A stretch of 62,510 bases of DNA, filler included, from Sphacelaria rigidula (taxonomy: Eukaryota), in NCBI GenBank assembly GCA_964200075.2. It is 10 parts of 10 records of this genome, joined end to end, with 100 filler letters (N's around TTAATTAATTAA, not from the genome) between each part and the next. Parts side by side here need not be neighbours in the genome. Positions count along the whole stretch, not along the records: positions 31,306 to 37,466 come from CAXNAA020021853.1; positions 37,567 to 43,727 come from CAXNAA020021854.1; positions 43,828 to 49,988 come from CAXNAA020021855.1; 7 more parts are not named here. The stretch is one strand, 5' to 3'. The notes below the pieces were generated by a model. The model did no database searches. It was not told where the DNA came from and saw only the letters and a list, made by a program, of their open reading frames with translations. The position numbers were made by a program, and so were the translations under genes. Positions 37,391-49,700 of this stretch are shown piece by piece (position 1 is the first letter of the stretch; each line of letters starts with the position of its first letter).

Positions 37391-38689
37391 TGGACCCCAG
37401 ATCGATTTTCAAAATTGTGGGGGGGGGGGGGGGGGGAGAGAAAACCAAAACGCAGCACACGAGACANNNNNNNNNNNNNNNNNNNNNNNNNNNNNNNNNN
37501 NNNNNNNNNNTTAATTAATTAANNNNNNNNNNNNNNNNNNNNNNNNNNNNNNNNNNNNNNNNNNNNTCCCCCCATTCCGTCACGTTTTGGTGTCGGGTGC
37601 TCAGGGCCTAGCCGGTTTCTACACTTTTGCCCAGACGCGCTTTACGTGGCGTATTTCGTTTGGTATATTTTTGGTGGCAAAGGGGAGGGAACGAGCATTC
37701 GAAGAGATATGGGCCAAAGGCAAAGAGACGGAAGTGAAACCCGTTTGAAGCGTTCTCGCGACACTTCGCTCACAGTTCTCTTGATCTGAAAATGCAGCTT
37801 GACCGCGATATGTCGAGGTCTTGGGGGCGAAATTGGCACCTTCGCTGGGCAAAATGGTTTGACCTCGTCGTTTATGCTTTCAAAGGAAAATGAAAAGAAG
37901 GTGAAATAATGACCTCTTGGAACAGAAGCTAGTTGAGAAGACTTGGAGAAGAAACAAAGAGTTTCGCACAGATAAGGGTCATAAAACTGCAGGGTGATTG
38001 TGACGGAGTTCTCTTGTTGTCAAGGTTGCCGTGAAGGTACACGGCAAGCCAAATGCAGAGATGACGGGAGAGACGATGGCTTCATGATGACCCAAGATGC
38101 CACAGAGTAAGTAGTGTTGCCACCATATGCCTCGCGGGGGATGACAACGACTACACGGTTATAATTCCACGGAGGCACACCCAGCGCTGTTCGAAAGTTG
38201 CCGGTTAACTAAAAATTACTGTGCACATGAAGACACGCCTTTCACCCGGAAGACTTGGCACATCCACACACGTCCCCCCAGAAAGACGTGGTGCACCAAC
38301 ACGCGTTCCGTACATGATACGCTCCCCCGTGTCACCGACCGGAATAAGTCTCGCTACGATATGACTGATCGACCACAGTTTTTATTTTCCCACTAGGGAG
38401 AGGCTGAAATGGCAGAATTCGCGCGCCCTTCTTTCTGGGCGAGGCGAAACACCCAACTCCGAAACCGGCCCATATCAGAGTCCCCCCCTTTCCCGGATAC
38501 GTTTTGAAGGTTGGCGTCGGTTGGCAACGGCGCTGTAGAACATGCCACTCACTGCGTAAGCTAGGCAGATAAGGTTATCAAGGTTTTTCCCACCTGCGTT
38601 TCTTTCGTGGTACAATGATGGTGATCGAGCTAGATCATATTGTGCGGGTTGGGATAGCCTCAATTCCGCGCAAAGGGGATCATCATACC

Positions 38690-38795
38690 ATATTTTATTT
38701 TATTTTATTTATTTTATTTGACCGTCGCACTTTCAACTGACCCCCCAGGGATCCAGTCGGGGTCTTATGACAGACGTACCCAAGGAAAACAAAAA
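38690..38795 (-). repeat. Retroposon (LINE/SINE) 3' end with simple-repeat tail; relatives at ~45420-45480(-), ~46895-46981(+), ~56425-56465(+), ~57412-57530(-)
   Basis: Shared core GGATCCCTGGGGGGTCAGTT.AA.GTGCGAC followed by (AATC)n or (AAAAT)n. Confidence 0.7.
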
Positions 38796-39169
38796 TATGT
38801 AGTGCTTAAATCGTGATGCACCCATGAGGCAGCGCAACCCGTGGCTCTCTGGAGGTGACGATACTAGAAATTGAAGCAAATTGTAGGCTGCCATCCACAT
38901 GCAAAGATAGTTAGTACGCTTCGGGCTGAACAATCTTAGCAGGATGCAGGTCACCCTTCATGCGACTCGCCGAACACATCACGGCGCTTCGCGCTTGGTG
39001 ATAGATCGCGAGCCTGGTCAGGCAAAAACCCGGCGTGCTCCGTCCCGGCATTGTACGAGTAGGGATGCGAGGTCGGTGATCGTGTATGACCACGGTATGA
39101 AAGATATGTGTACCACCCTCCCCCCTCCCCGTATAGCTGTTTGGTCTTCGTTTGTTCGCTTTGGGCCAC

Positions 39170-40109
39170 TCTTTCCCCTCCCCTTTCCCCCCCGGGCATT
39201 TACTTGTTCTTGCTCTTCATTTCCTCCGGTTCCCCGCGGACTACGTCTTAGATTGATTGACTGCTCCAGTGGCCATGGATGCTCTCCACCCTACCCTTTT
39301 AACCCATGCCGACATCTTACCTGTGTCTATTCTTTCCCACTCCTTGCTCGCGCTCTGTTCTAGCGTGACTCGGGAGTGTTCTCCCTCCCTTTCTACTTTT
39401 TCTATCGCCAGATATTATAGTTCTATTCCATCGCATTTCCTTTTGAAGCTTATTCTCGTCATATTGCTATGGACACCGGCGACCAGCACTACTAGTACTC
39501 TACCCGCCCACGCTCAATTTCCTCACCCACCCTTCCTCACCGTCTCTCTCTCGAACTCCCTCGACAGTATATCCAGCTTGTTCGTTGTGACTATTTTGTT
39601 GGGATGTAGTGAAGGTACTGGGATATCCCAATTCTAGAACACAACAAGAAGTAGGAGTGGGATATCCCAGTACCTTCCCTACATCACACCACAATACTTG
39701 AAACGAACAAGCTGGATATACCCTCGAAAGAGTTGGAGAGAGACGGTAAGGAAGGGTGGGTGGAGAAGTAAAGAGTGGACGGGTAAAGTAGTAGCAGTGC
39801 TAGTCGTCGGAGTCCGTAGCGATAGGACGAGAGTAGAGTTTGAAAGGGAATGCGATGAAGTAGAATTATACTGTTTGACAATAGGAAAAGTAGAAAGGGA
39901 GGGAGAACACTTCCGAGTCATGCTTCAACAGAGCGCGAGCAAGGAATGGGAGAGGGCAGAGGCAAGTAAGGTGTCGGCATGGGTCAGGAGAGTAGAATGG
40001 AGAGGATCCATCGCTAATGGAACCGCAAACCTAACACGTATCCCACGGGTAAACGGAGGAAAGGAGAAGCAGGAACAAGTAAATGCCCGGAAGGGAAAGG
40101 GGAGGGAAC
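39170..40109. repeat. Long hairpin: ~460-bp inverted arms around a ~27-nt loop (39631-39657)
   Basis: Inner 28 bp have 1 mismatch (GATGTAGTGAAGGTACTGGGATATCCCA); outer ends CCCGGGCATTTAC / GTAAATGCCCGG; pyrimidine-rich left arm, purine-rich right arm. Confidence 0.9.
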
Positions 40110-41463
40110 ATACGAGCTGTGGGCCAGCCTAGACACGGACTTGAGCTCTCAAAGCAATATCTCGTCGACACGGACGAGTTGGGCCATGATCCTCATATTG
40201 TATTAATCGTCTAACCAAGGGGAAGGTGCCCATCTACCCAAAATTTTGGGCCCATATTTTCTCGTTGATTAAACCCCATGACTAGTAATTCCTATATCTA
40301 AGGGAGATGGCGTCCATACTAAAAATATCTATGACACCCCCGATCGATGCATTCAGCGGATGACGACGAATTTTGGTGTGGACATTCCGTGGGGCACGGG
40401 GAGACGATAGATACCCTCATCTTCACCTAATTCGTAATCTATCTTGAGATATGGCGCACATAAGTTTATATAAATAATTTTATGGAGAACCGCTAGTGCA
40501 TAATAAAGCTTTTAAACACAGCTTTTTCAAGTTTTTCGTTTTTGTTTTCATTTTTTCGGGTATTTAGGGCAGTTTTGAGGAGAAATGAACACCGCTTTTG
40601 GGCCTTCCCTCAATTTTTTGCTTTTTTTTAGAGTTGTAATTTGAAGCTCAGCATGGAGGACCGCAGAGGTATGCAAAAACAAACAAATGGGCCTTCATTT
40701 TTTTTAGAGAGGTTCAGGCGTTTTCGTGAGAAAATGGTCTTCACCACACTTGAACGCCCTAAACCAATGAAGAAAATAAAAAGAAACGATCTCACCCACT
40801 TTGTTTTGTTGAGTATGCCCTAACCACGCCCCACACAAATTTTCACGGTTAAGACAAATCAGAATTCATAGGAGTCGACTCGCCGTGACGCGCAAGCAGT
40901 CATGCTGTATAAACGGTAGGTCCCGCTGAGTCGAGGATGGATAACACATGTGCACCGCAGTCATCTTGCGCGCATTACAGCTGTGAGAAAATTACGCGTG
41001 GTCCAGGGCCCATCGGAAGTGAAAAGTCAACCTGTACAATTTGTTATTAGTCCCGCATTAGCCCGAAGGTGGGAAAAATGTGCGGGCGCTTATCCCCAAC
41101 AAGTTGGCCAAGCAAGTACATGACGCTCCCGACTCATGATAATAAGAAGTGCGTGGCATGTACAATCGATGCATCCAATTTTTCAGCGCAGAGTTGACTA
41201 TGCGCCCATGATTTACCCCGGGAGTCATGGAAGGTAAGAAGCAAGAACCTTCGGGTTATACTGAGCCACGCACAAGTTAAGAGGCTGATGAATTACAAAT
41301 TATGTACGACTAGTATGATCTATTGGCTGAAATGATGGCTCTGAGTTGACTCTCGAGTTGATTTGTCTTAACCGTGCAAAGTTTCAATACACAAACACCA
41401 AACGTGGGCCGGTAAATGGCCTGCAAAATACTGTTCCGAATCTCTTCTGATCCTGTCTCTAAA

Positions 41464-41738
41464 CGGCCCATTATACGGCCAATACTTGGAGTTGGACCCT
41501 GAAATTTGGTATTTACAATGAGTTGGGCATAATAAAAAAATTACTGGCGCACACAAGTTTTTTGTTTTTTTTCATGAGTTAAGGGCAATAATCACTTTTC
41601 AGAGATCGGTAAAATGCCCCTAACTCATGGATGAGAAAAAAAACTTGTGTGGGCCAGTAATTTTTTTTATTATGCCCTACTCGTGGTCCATACCAAATGT
41701 CACAGTCCAACTCCAAGTCTTGGCCGTATAATGGGCCT
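41464..41738. mobile_element. Foldback MITE with ~125-bp arms
   Basis: GGCCCATTATACGGCCAA.ACTTGGAGTTGGAC...CATGAGTTAAGGGCA is mirrored at 41615-41738. Confidence 0.85.
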
Positions 41739-42119
41739 GCAAACTGCAGAATCGCTTCTCGGCTGGCCCAGCTCGTGGCGGCCCGAAGGAAACAGACAAA
41801 GGCCAAACCGGAAACGGGAAAAAATTAAAGGGAAAAAATAGAAGTAATAACGAATAGAGTATGATAGGCACAGGAAGGTAGACAATGATTCGAAAAAGAA
41901 GTTGGGAATAGGGTCGCGGGACGTGTGTGGATTCGCCTCAGACGAGCGCGAAAGAACAGAGTTAGCCGAACAAGTAAGTGAACGCGACCCAGATAAAGTT
42001 GGAACCCAAGGGTCATGAGAGAAAGGGGGGACAGAAACAGGATGCAAAGTTAGACATGACGCATAGATAGAGGAAAAGTGTAAGAGACAAAATCCCAAGA
42101 ACAGGTGAGCGGGAGTAGT

Positions 42120-42735
42120 ACGATTATTGGTCAAGGGATACATACCTGTGTGACGTCATTGACGTGACCGAAGACATTGAATTCGACGAGAGCATATGGA
42201 TAAGGGGGGCAGGAGAGGAAGGAACATAAGGTTTTTCGTAGGGAACATCTCTGTGCTCCCACAACTGAAGAGTACGGTAAAGGATATTCAGAGGAGGTTT
42301 GGAGAGATGGCAGCAGATGTACAGAAGTTGAAAGGGCAAGGAGAAGAAATGTCATTGAGAGATTTTAACGCAAGGGTTGGAAGAGCAAGTCAACCGGGTG
42401 ATATCATTGGGGCAACACGGGGAAGAGAAAAAGAACACGGATGGGGTAGAGATGCTGAAGTTCATTGAAAATGGCGAGATGAAGAGGCTGAACGATAGAG
42501 CACAAAAACCAGAGACGCGATATACATGGACTATTAATAGACAATGCACAGGGGAAAATACAGAAAGCTCCATTCTTGACTATATAGCGGTAGAATATGA
42601 AGATAGCAAAGAAATGGAAGCACATGTATGCACAAAAGACGCGGGAAGTACAGATCGTTGCCTAATATGGACAGACAGACAACAGACGAGAGCTATATGA
42701 AATACGTGCTGTAGAAAGTTGTGCAAATGGAAAGT
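42120..42735 (+). pseudogene. Non-LTR retrotransposon APE endonuclease fragment
   Basis: DFNARVG, YTW, SILDYIAV and GSTD(R)CLIW motifs across ORFs 42196..42468 and 42377..42700; frameshifted. Confidence 0.88.
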
Positions 42736-43943
42736 ACAGGCTGGGTCGGTCTCGATGCGAATTCGTGGTGTGCGGACCTCGCCTCACCTCAAATTTGAGA
42801 GTTAGACTTTCAAAATTAGCACGGAGAAAGAATGTGGCAAACTAATATATATTTTTGGGACGATATATATATATTTATATATTCGTGAGTCAAAGGTGAT
42901 AATCAGTACCTAGTTTTCAGGGAAACGCCGTTAACTCACGAAAGAAGAAAAAACGTGTCCCCAAAACGTTTTTTAATATATGTCCTATTCATTTCCCGGA
43001 CCGAATTTGAAAGAGCAACTCTCAAAATTTTGGGGAGGCGAGGCTATTCAGAAACAGGGCCGGGCAAAGTTCTAACAATATTTTCCAGGCCATTTACCGA
43101 ACCAGGTTTGGCACTTGTGTTCTGGAACTTTGTATGAGACCATACCTCTCCAAGAAAAAAAAAGGATCGAAGGGCCATTTTTTCTGGCATGCATTTGCGA
43201 TTCTCCATGACGACTTTCAAATCACAATTCTAAAAATTGAGCTGAAGAACTGAGATGAGGTCCGAGAGCGTTGTCCATGTTTCCTTGAAACACTCCTGAA
43301 AAATGTGTGTTTTTTTCTACGATGCTCTAGCGATTCTCCATGCAAAATTTTAAAGCACAAATATCAAAAACTCAGACGCTATATCCAGATTTAGTGTATA
43401 TAATGCCTCTGCTCGTAATTTATTGATTTTAGTATCAAACATTTTGTGCGCCATATCTCGAGATGACGAATCAAGCGAAGGTGAGGGTATCGATCGTATT
43501 CCCGTGCTCTGTAGCCAAAATACAACAAGGCGTAGTAAATGTAGCATGTAGGATCCTGGATGATGACCAGAGGACAAGGGCATCATGTGGATGATGACCC
43601 TTGCTGTGTAGCCTATGCCTGAAGGTACAGGCCGCAGCTGTTTACTTCGTGAATGGATGCTCCAAGAGAACTTCTTATCGAGCGGGAGGCCAGTGGATTC
43701 TGGAGAAGTCCCTCACTGAATAGCCCTNNNNNNNNNNNNNNNNNNNNNNNNNNNNNNNNNNNNNNNNNNNNTTAATTAATTAANNNNNNNNNNNNNNNNN
43801 NNNNNNNNNNNNNNNNNNNNNNNNNNNGGGGGGGAGTGGGTGGTGTAGACTTCCACATAATATACTTCACCACAGTGCATCAATTGTTTTCGTTCACATT
43901 ACTATAACCAACAAATACAACTACGCCGTGAGCTCAGTCTCAC

Positions 43944-46715
43944 CGAGGCGGACATGGCCATAGCGTGCGCAGAAAACACCACTCGCGGTTGAGCCAAAGG
44001 CACGGCTGGCAGGGCGTACACCAGGGTGGACAGGGCCCCAAACGACCCCGACAAAACGAACAGATCGTCCTGCATCATGGGGGCAGCGAGGAGAAATTCG
44101 AGTGGGAAGCATTGCAACATGTGTATGAAAGGGGAGCATGATCAATGAAGGGAAAGCGTCATAAGATCCCACCTTTCGGCGCCGCTCAAACTGACACTGT
44201 CATCACTGCTGTAGCGACACGTCTCAGAGTGTGGTTCCCGGGAAAACACGTCGTTTTAGATGATGATAGGATGCTCGTTGCGAGTGCGTACTTTGGAAAT
44301 CACAGCGCTCGTCAATGAGGCGCCACGGATAGTCAGTAATGTGCACATCATCTTCTACATCACGTACAAATGTTTTCCACGTGTGCAAAAAACATTTTCT
44401 GAAAAATGCCAGCATTTCCGGAAGTGCGCACATAGGTTTCTAAAGCAATACGCAGAAACAGACTGTGCATGCAAAGTGGGTACAAGTGGCTCAGATTTCT
44501 GATGAAGAAGCAAGAGCATACGCCACAATCCGTGCAAAGTCATCACCGAGTGTTCGTCTTCCAGGGATGTAACATTTTGCGTTCCGAAAAGCTGCACATA
44601 CATCTCCCATAAAAAAAGCCGACAAAAACAGAATGATGGACATGATAATCATGGTGATGATGATGATGAATCCAAGCCCTTCGCCCTGTGCGCTGCAAGG
44701 GAATACATGACACAGTTCACATAAATCATTGCCAACACTTATCTACGTATAGTCGGTAACAGGTTCCACTGTATCTGACCCTTCAACTCACGATGTCGTG
44801 ATCTCGCCACCCGTCTTCTGGAATGGATATATGAAATAAAGTCTACATCATGCCTTCCGAAATACCGTTCAGATACTACAACACCTGAAAAGGAGTACTC
44901 CAACAAACTGTATATGAAGTAGTGAATGTCACACAACCCTTTGCGACGCAAGGGGACTAACAAATTACATAATTCGCACCTGTCCACGCCACTCGAAGCT
45001 TCCATTTAAGATGTTGAAAACCATGTCCGCGATCCCGATGCCCATAAACGCCCCTAACCACGACAGCAGCGCGTCCCGGGGCCGAGCTGGGTCCGGCATG
45101 TGCACCGGTCCTCCTCGCGTCTGGATGATGACATTTCCGTACAGCACGATTTTATGTTTTCTTGACCCCTTTACCCCTTTCCATCATTCGGAACGGTGGA
45201 ACGGTGCTACGTCCGGAAAGGGATGCGTGGTCAATGGCCAGATGAAAAAGGCAAGTAAAAAATGAGTACGCTCCCCTTCAATTATTCTCGAGCTCGTTTG
45301 AAGCCATGTGTTCTATATTTTATATCTTACCTTGTTTGGGTACGTCTTTCATTTCCACCACGGTCTTATTTGTACGCATCACGCCGTGGAGACTGATTCA
45401 CCGATTCATCGATTCACTCATTGGCTTTCGCACTCTAACTGACCCCACAGGGATCCAGCCGAGGTCACATGAAAACAAGCAGCTATAAACCAATAAGTTC
45501 AATCAATCAACAGTAGGTAAGACGGCAACCTTACTCATGTCTCCCATACCAAGGCCTTACAATGGCATGAACCCCGCACAAAACATAGGGAGACCTCGCA
45601 TAACCGATGGACCAACCATTGCTGTATGCTTTGGTGGATGACAACCTTAATGAGCCGGTGCTCGGGTGCTGCAAATATAAATGGGATTTCGGTGCGATGT
45701 TGGGTACCTAGAATGACGACAGGCAGCACAAGCAATAATGCTTTGTTACGTTTTGCTCCAGTTCACGTCTGAGAAAACAAATCTCGATCACGTCTGTATT
45801 ATGCCGAGGAGTAAGGGTTGTCTGCCGAGAATGTCTTCCCTCTCTTGACTCACTGTCGCAAAGTGCACGTGTCTTCTCTTTTCAGCCTCCTGAAGGCAAT
45901 GATGATGTTGACGTTCGAACAAGTTTCCAGGAGAACAAAATAGCAATAAAAATCACTAATTGTTTTTATTATTTCCAACACATTAGCCCGATCTCTCGAA
46001 TCTGTGCTCATAAACGTAGGCTCGCCTCTTCTGTACCGTCACCACTATTCCTTACATGAGATTGCAGCGCTCACTGAGCGGTTTCTTCCGAGACTCCAAA
46101 AACGAGAAAAAAGAGTAGTAGCGAAGGAGAAAGCACGGCCTAGAGCATACGACAAGAACAAAACATACATGAGAACAAAAACTCAAACCAACGTAAAAAA
46201 AAAGCCCTGAGGCGGCCACTTCTGCTGACATTTTTCGATTGATTGGTGAGGTATCGTGCAATAACTGATCCACTACTGCACGTATCCAGTCGTCTTCAGC
46301 CGCAGAGTTAGATCGTGTGACTTCACCGAGATTCGAACCCATGACCCAACCGTCAGAGGGTTTCGAGGTCGCGTAGGGAGCAACCGGGGCGACACAGTAG
46401 GGTGAAAATGAGGGAAACAACAGCAACAACAACACGAGAAATGCCAGGCTCCTGCTGCATAACGCCCGGTGAGCAGGCCATGATGCTACAAAAAAAATCC
46501 ACAACGTCAACGTCGACCTCAATGTCAACAACAATAGTGGGATATGACAATGACAACAACAATGGATCATGACAACAATACGAACCTTTGCAAAGTATTG
46601 CGCAAGCCAGTCCGTGAGCCCCCCTCCAGTAGTGGCCATCTTCTTTTCAGCCGCCTCGCGAGAAGCCAACACAGCAGAAGCTCCCGGCGGCATGACGGTT
46701 TGCTGTATGGGCCGC
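43944..46715 (-). CDS. Partial HPP-family membrane protein; exons ~46715/46693-46586, 45120-44980, 44069-43944
   Basis: Phase-0 spliced product ...WLAQYFAK|TRGGPVHMPDPARPRDALLSWLGAFMGIG...|DDLFVLSGSFGALSTLVYALPAVPLAQPRVVFSAH. GSFGA...P..PLAQPR is the HPP-family signature. The HPP motif itself is off-contig. Confidence 0.88.
46308..46392 (-). mobile_element. SINE family 1 head fragment in an HPP intron
   Basis: Matches 19903-19987 (GATCGTGTGACTTCACCGAG.TTCGAAC...CCCAACCGTC). Confidence 0.75.
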
Positions 46716-49700
46716 CTGAGGATAGCGTCCGTGTATTGGGATCCACGAATACGCGCGGCATGACGGTTTGCTGTATGGGCTGCCTGAAAATAGCGTCCGT
46801 GTATTGGGATCCACGAATACTTCAGACTCACGTTTGTGTTGGATCGACCACTACTTTCTGTGCTCTACTTTTGTCGACTTTTTATTTGCTTTATTTGTAC
46901 GTCTTGGTCTACTACGTCGTTCTGACCACGGCTGTATCCCTGGGGGGTCAGTTAAAGTGCGACAATCAATCAATCATCAATGACGAAAGGGGAGGGCACG
47001 ATACATGAACACATTTGCCCATCAACCTCATGACCGCCGCGGTAAACTGGTACGAACAGAGCACCGGCTCTATTCTCGGAAGATGCACTTTTCGCTCGCC
47101 CTCTTTTATCCTAACAAGTGTCAACACCCTGGACAATGTACGGTCAATAGATTCAACGAACCTATATTTAGCTCAGTACAGTTTTGATCTATTTCATTTA
47201 TTGACCATATACTGTCATCATCCAGGGTGTGCGAAAAAAAAAACCGTCTGACTCCCGTCTTTGACAAGATGAATATGTGCGCACAATACGAGGTACGAAT
47301 ATTTGGCTGAGGAGGGTCGGTACGGTACGGGAGTGCCATACAAAATTAAAAGGTGTGTACGGAGGGAGACATGAAACAATGTTTTCATGAGATTGCGAGT
47401 CTTGCGTTCGCTGAAAGCGAGTACTATAGTTCACTTTAACTTTACCAGTTTTTTACTTTGTGCTCGCTTTTTTGTACCTGTACCGCTGTCATGTGCCTAC
47501 AGCTACACGTCGAAATCCTACTAAAAAAAGAAATGAAAAGGTTTCAGTGGTAAGCTAATACAGAAACCGTATAGAGCCTCGCATAAGGCCCGGGGGATCA
47601 TTTCGGAACTGAAACTATCTCATTCACAATTTGACCGCGTTTCAGTCTCTATCGTATCCTAGACTCTCAATTTCACGGGAACGTTGTAATGGGTTGATCT
47701 CTCGAGACCACGGACTCGTCCTGAAAAGAAGCGCGCGGGGGGGGTATAATTGTGATGAAGAAAAATATATTAATATTTTTTTCCCTTCGGGAGGTTGATA
47801 CGGGCCTCCCGGGGGTGACGCAAGTCGAAAATATATGGTCAAGAGAGACTGTTGTATTTCGATGTACAGTATTGATCGTGGCTGTACAAATCATCGCATG
47901 TGTTTTCGGATGGTGGCTCCGGATAAGGTTGACCAACTTGAGTAACACGGATGTGAGAAGGTTGTATGTACAATTGTTGGGCGGCAATGATTTCAACAGA
48001 TGTGGCATATGCGTAGATCAGCTGTGCACGTTGTGCGTGACCTTGCTCAAATCTGTGCAGAATCCATTGAGGAATGATGCTTTGTGTGACACGCACGCAC
48101 AGCACACGCTTACAAAGCGGTCAGCAACGACACGTTTTTGGTTGATTTGAGTCGCATGCGGCCGCCATTCGTCCAATACAAAACGGATTTCTGTCAAACA
48201 GATACTGCCGTGCGTAGATTAGCAAGGGCTAGCAGTGAAACTAGTGCTCGTGAGTGATGGGGTGTCTGTACGTGTTTTTTCGGGACGGGATGTGTAGGCG
48301 TTGTGTTGCCTTAATCTGTCTTGTCTGCAGTACTACACAGACCTTGGACTAACGCTAACGACCACTTCCAGACCCGCCGCATTTCTGAACCTGCGTGCAG
48401 ATCCGGGGTCAAATCTGTACGAAACTGCTTCACGATAGGACTCAGGACTGGTCGTGATGAGGTCAATCCCCTGCCAAAAGGGGATTGCGCAAGAGGGGAT
48501 AATCCCCTTCGATAACAAGGGCCCTGAGAGTTTGCATTTCTCTGGACAACAGAGTGGCTTTGGCTGGCTGTTGAAATGCGTGGAACCCTTCCTGGCATGC
48601 TCACTGAACATGGGGCTACTTCTTATGTATGAAAAAACCAGTGTAAAAAAACGCGTTTTCCGATAACAGGCCAAAAATCCACTTATTATGCGATCAGAAA
48701 AGGCGTTTAACGATGAGAAATTTTCTGATAACATTTCCCGACAACACCAAGCTTTCAGAAAATCACGCGATCTTCTGATAACCTTGGGCTATCGAAATAT
48801 TATTGAAGTAGCCTTTCAACACACCCTACAGCCCACGGCAGCACCTGTGATGGCTTGGCTGCCATCACTACTGCTGTCGCTGGTGCTCGGGGGCATTCAG
48901 CGTGTTGCATCATTGTCCTTCGCTCGCCAGTAGCGTGGTGGCCCTTCACCCCATGAGAACAGCAGAGGGCAGGGTCGATGACGAGTGCTGTACAGACAGG
49001 GTAGTCTTCATGTAGTCCGTACAATTACTGTAGCTCAGGTCAGGTATGTGCACGCAGCGTGTTGCGAACAGCCGTCGCAATGCATACAATACAGCCCTGT
49101 CTGTATTGTTGTCCATGCTGTCTGTACAATCGAGTACTACGGTGTAGCGGAAAAGCCCAACCGTCAGCTCTACAGTCACTTGGTACAGCGAGGTGGTCTT
49201 CTTATTGCTTATCTTGCGTCACGCAGCCCACCATGTATTGCTCGGTCAAAATATTACAGTAGTACAGACAGACACTGCGGACCGTACACCACGACACGAG
49301 AGCAGAATGTTGTGTCTTTCTCGCGCGCCCCAGAGTTTGAAATAATGCCCACGTGCCTTGTAGAGAACTACTTTTCTCACGTTGAAAACGTCAATCACGT
49401 CAGAAGGGCTACTTGAAAAAATTCTGTTGAAAAACGGCTTTTCTGATAGCGGGCTTTTTATAACTTAAGAAGTAGCCTGAGAGTTGCATCTTTTTTCAAA
49501 ACCGGTCGAGGTCTTCACCGGGCCTTTCCTGTTACAACTGTACGTACTACGGATTTCGGGTGTTACTATCCGCGCTTATAGGTTACTGCATTTTTCCAGC
49601 CCAGCCCTAGAGAGAAAACACTGATATAGTACCGGGGGAGAAATGGGTTGTTCCCTTGAGACCACGGACTCATCCCGAGGAAGGGGAGGGGTTTAAAGTG

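Larger units (their letters stand above)
40392..43510. mobile_element. Diverged long inverted repeats (~40392-40712 and ~43143-43510) bracketing ~2.4 kb
   Basis: GCACGGGAGACGATAGATACCCTCA...GAGATATGGCGCACA vs the reverse complement of 43445-43510, with further colinear blocks inward. Confidence 0.65.
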
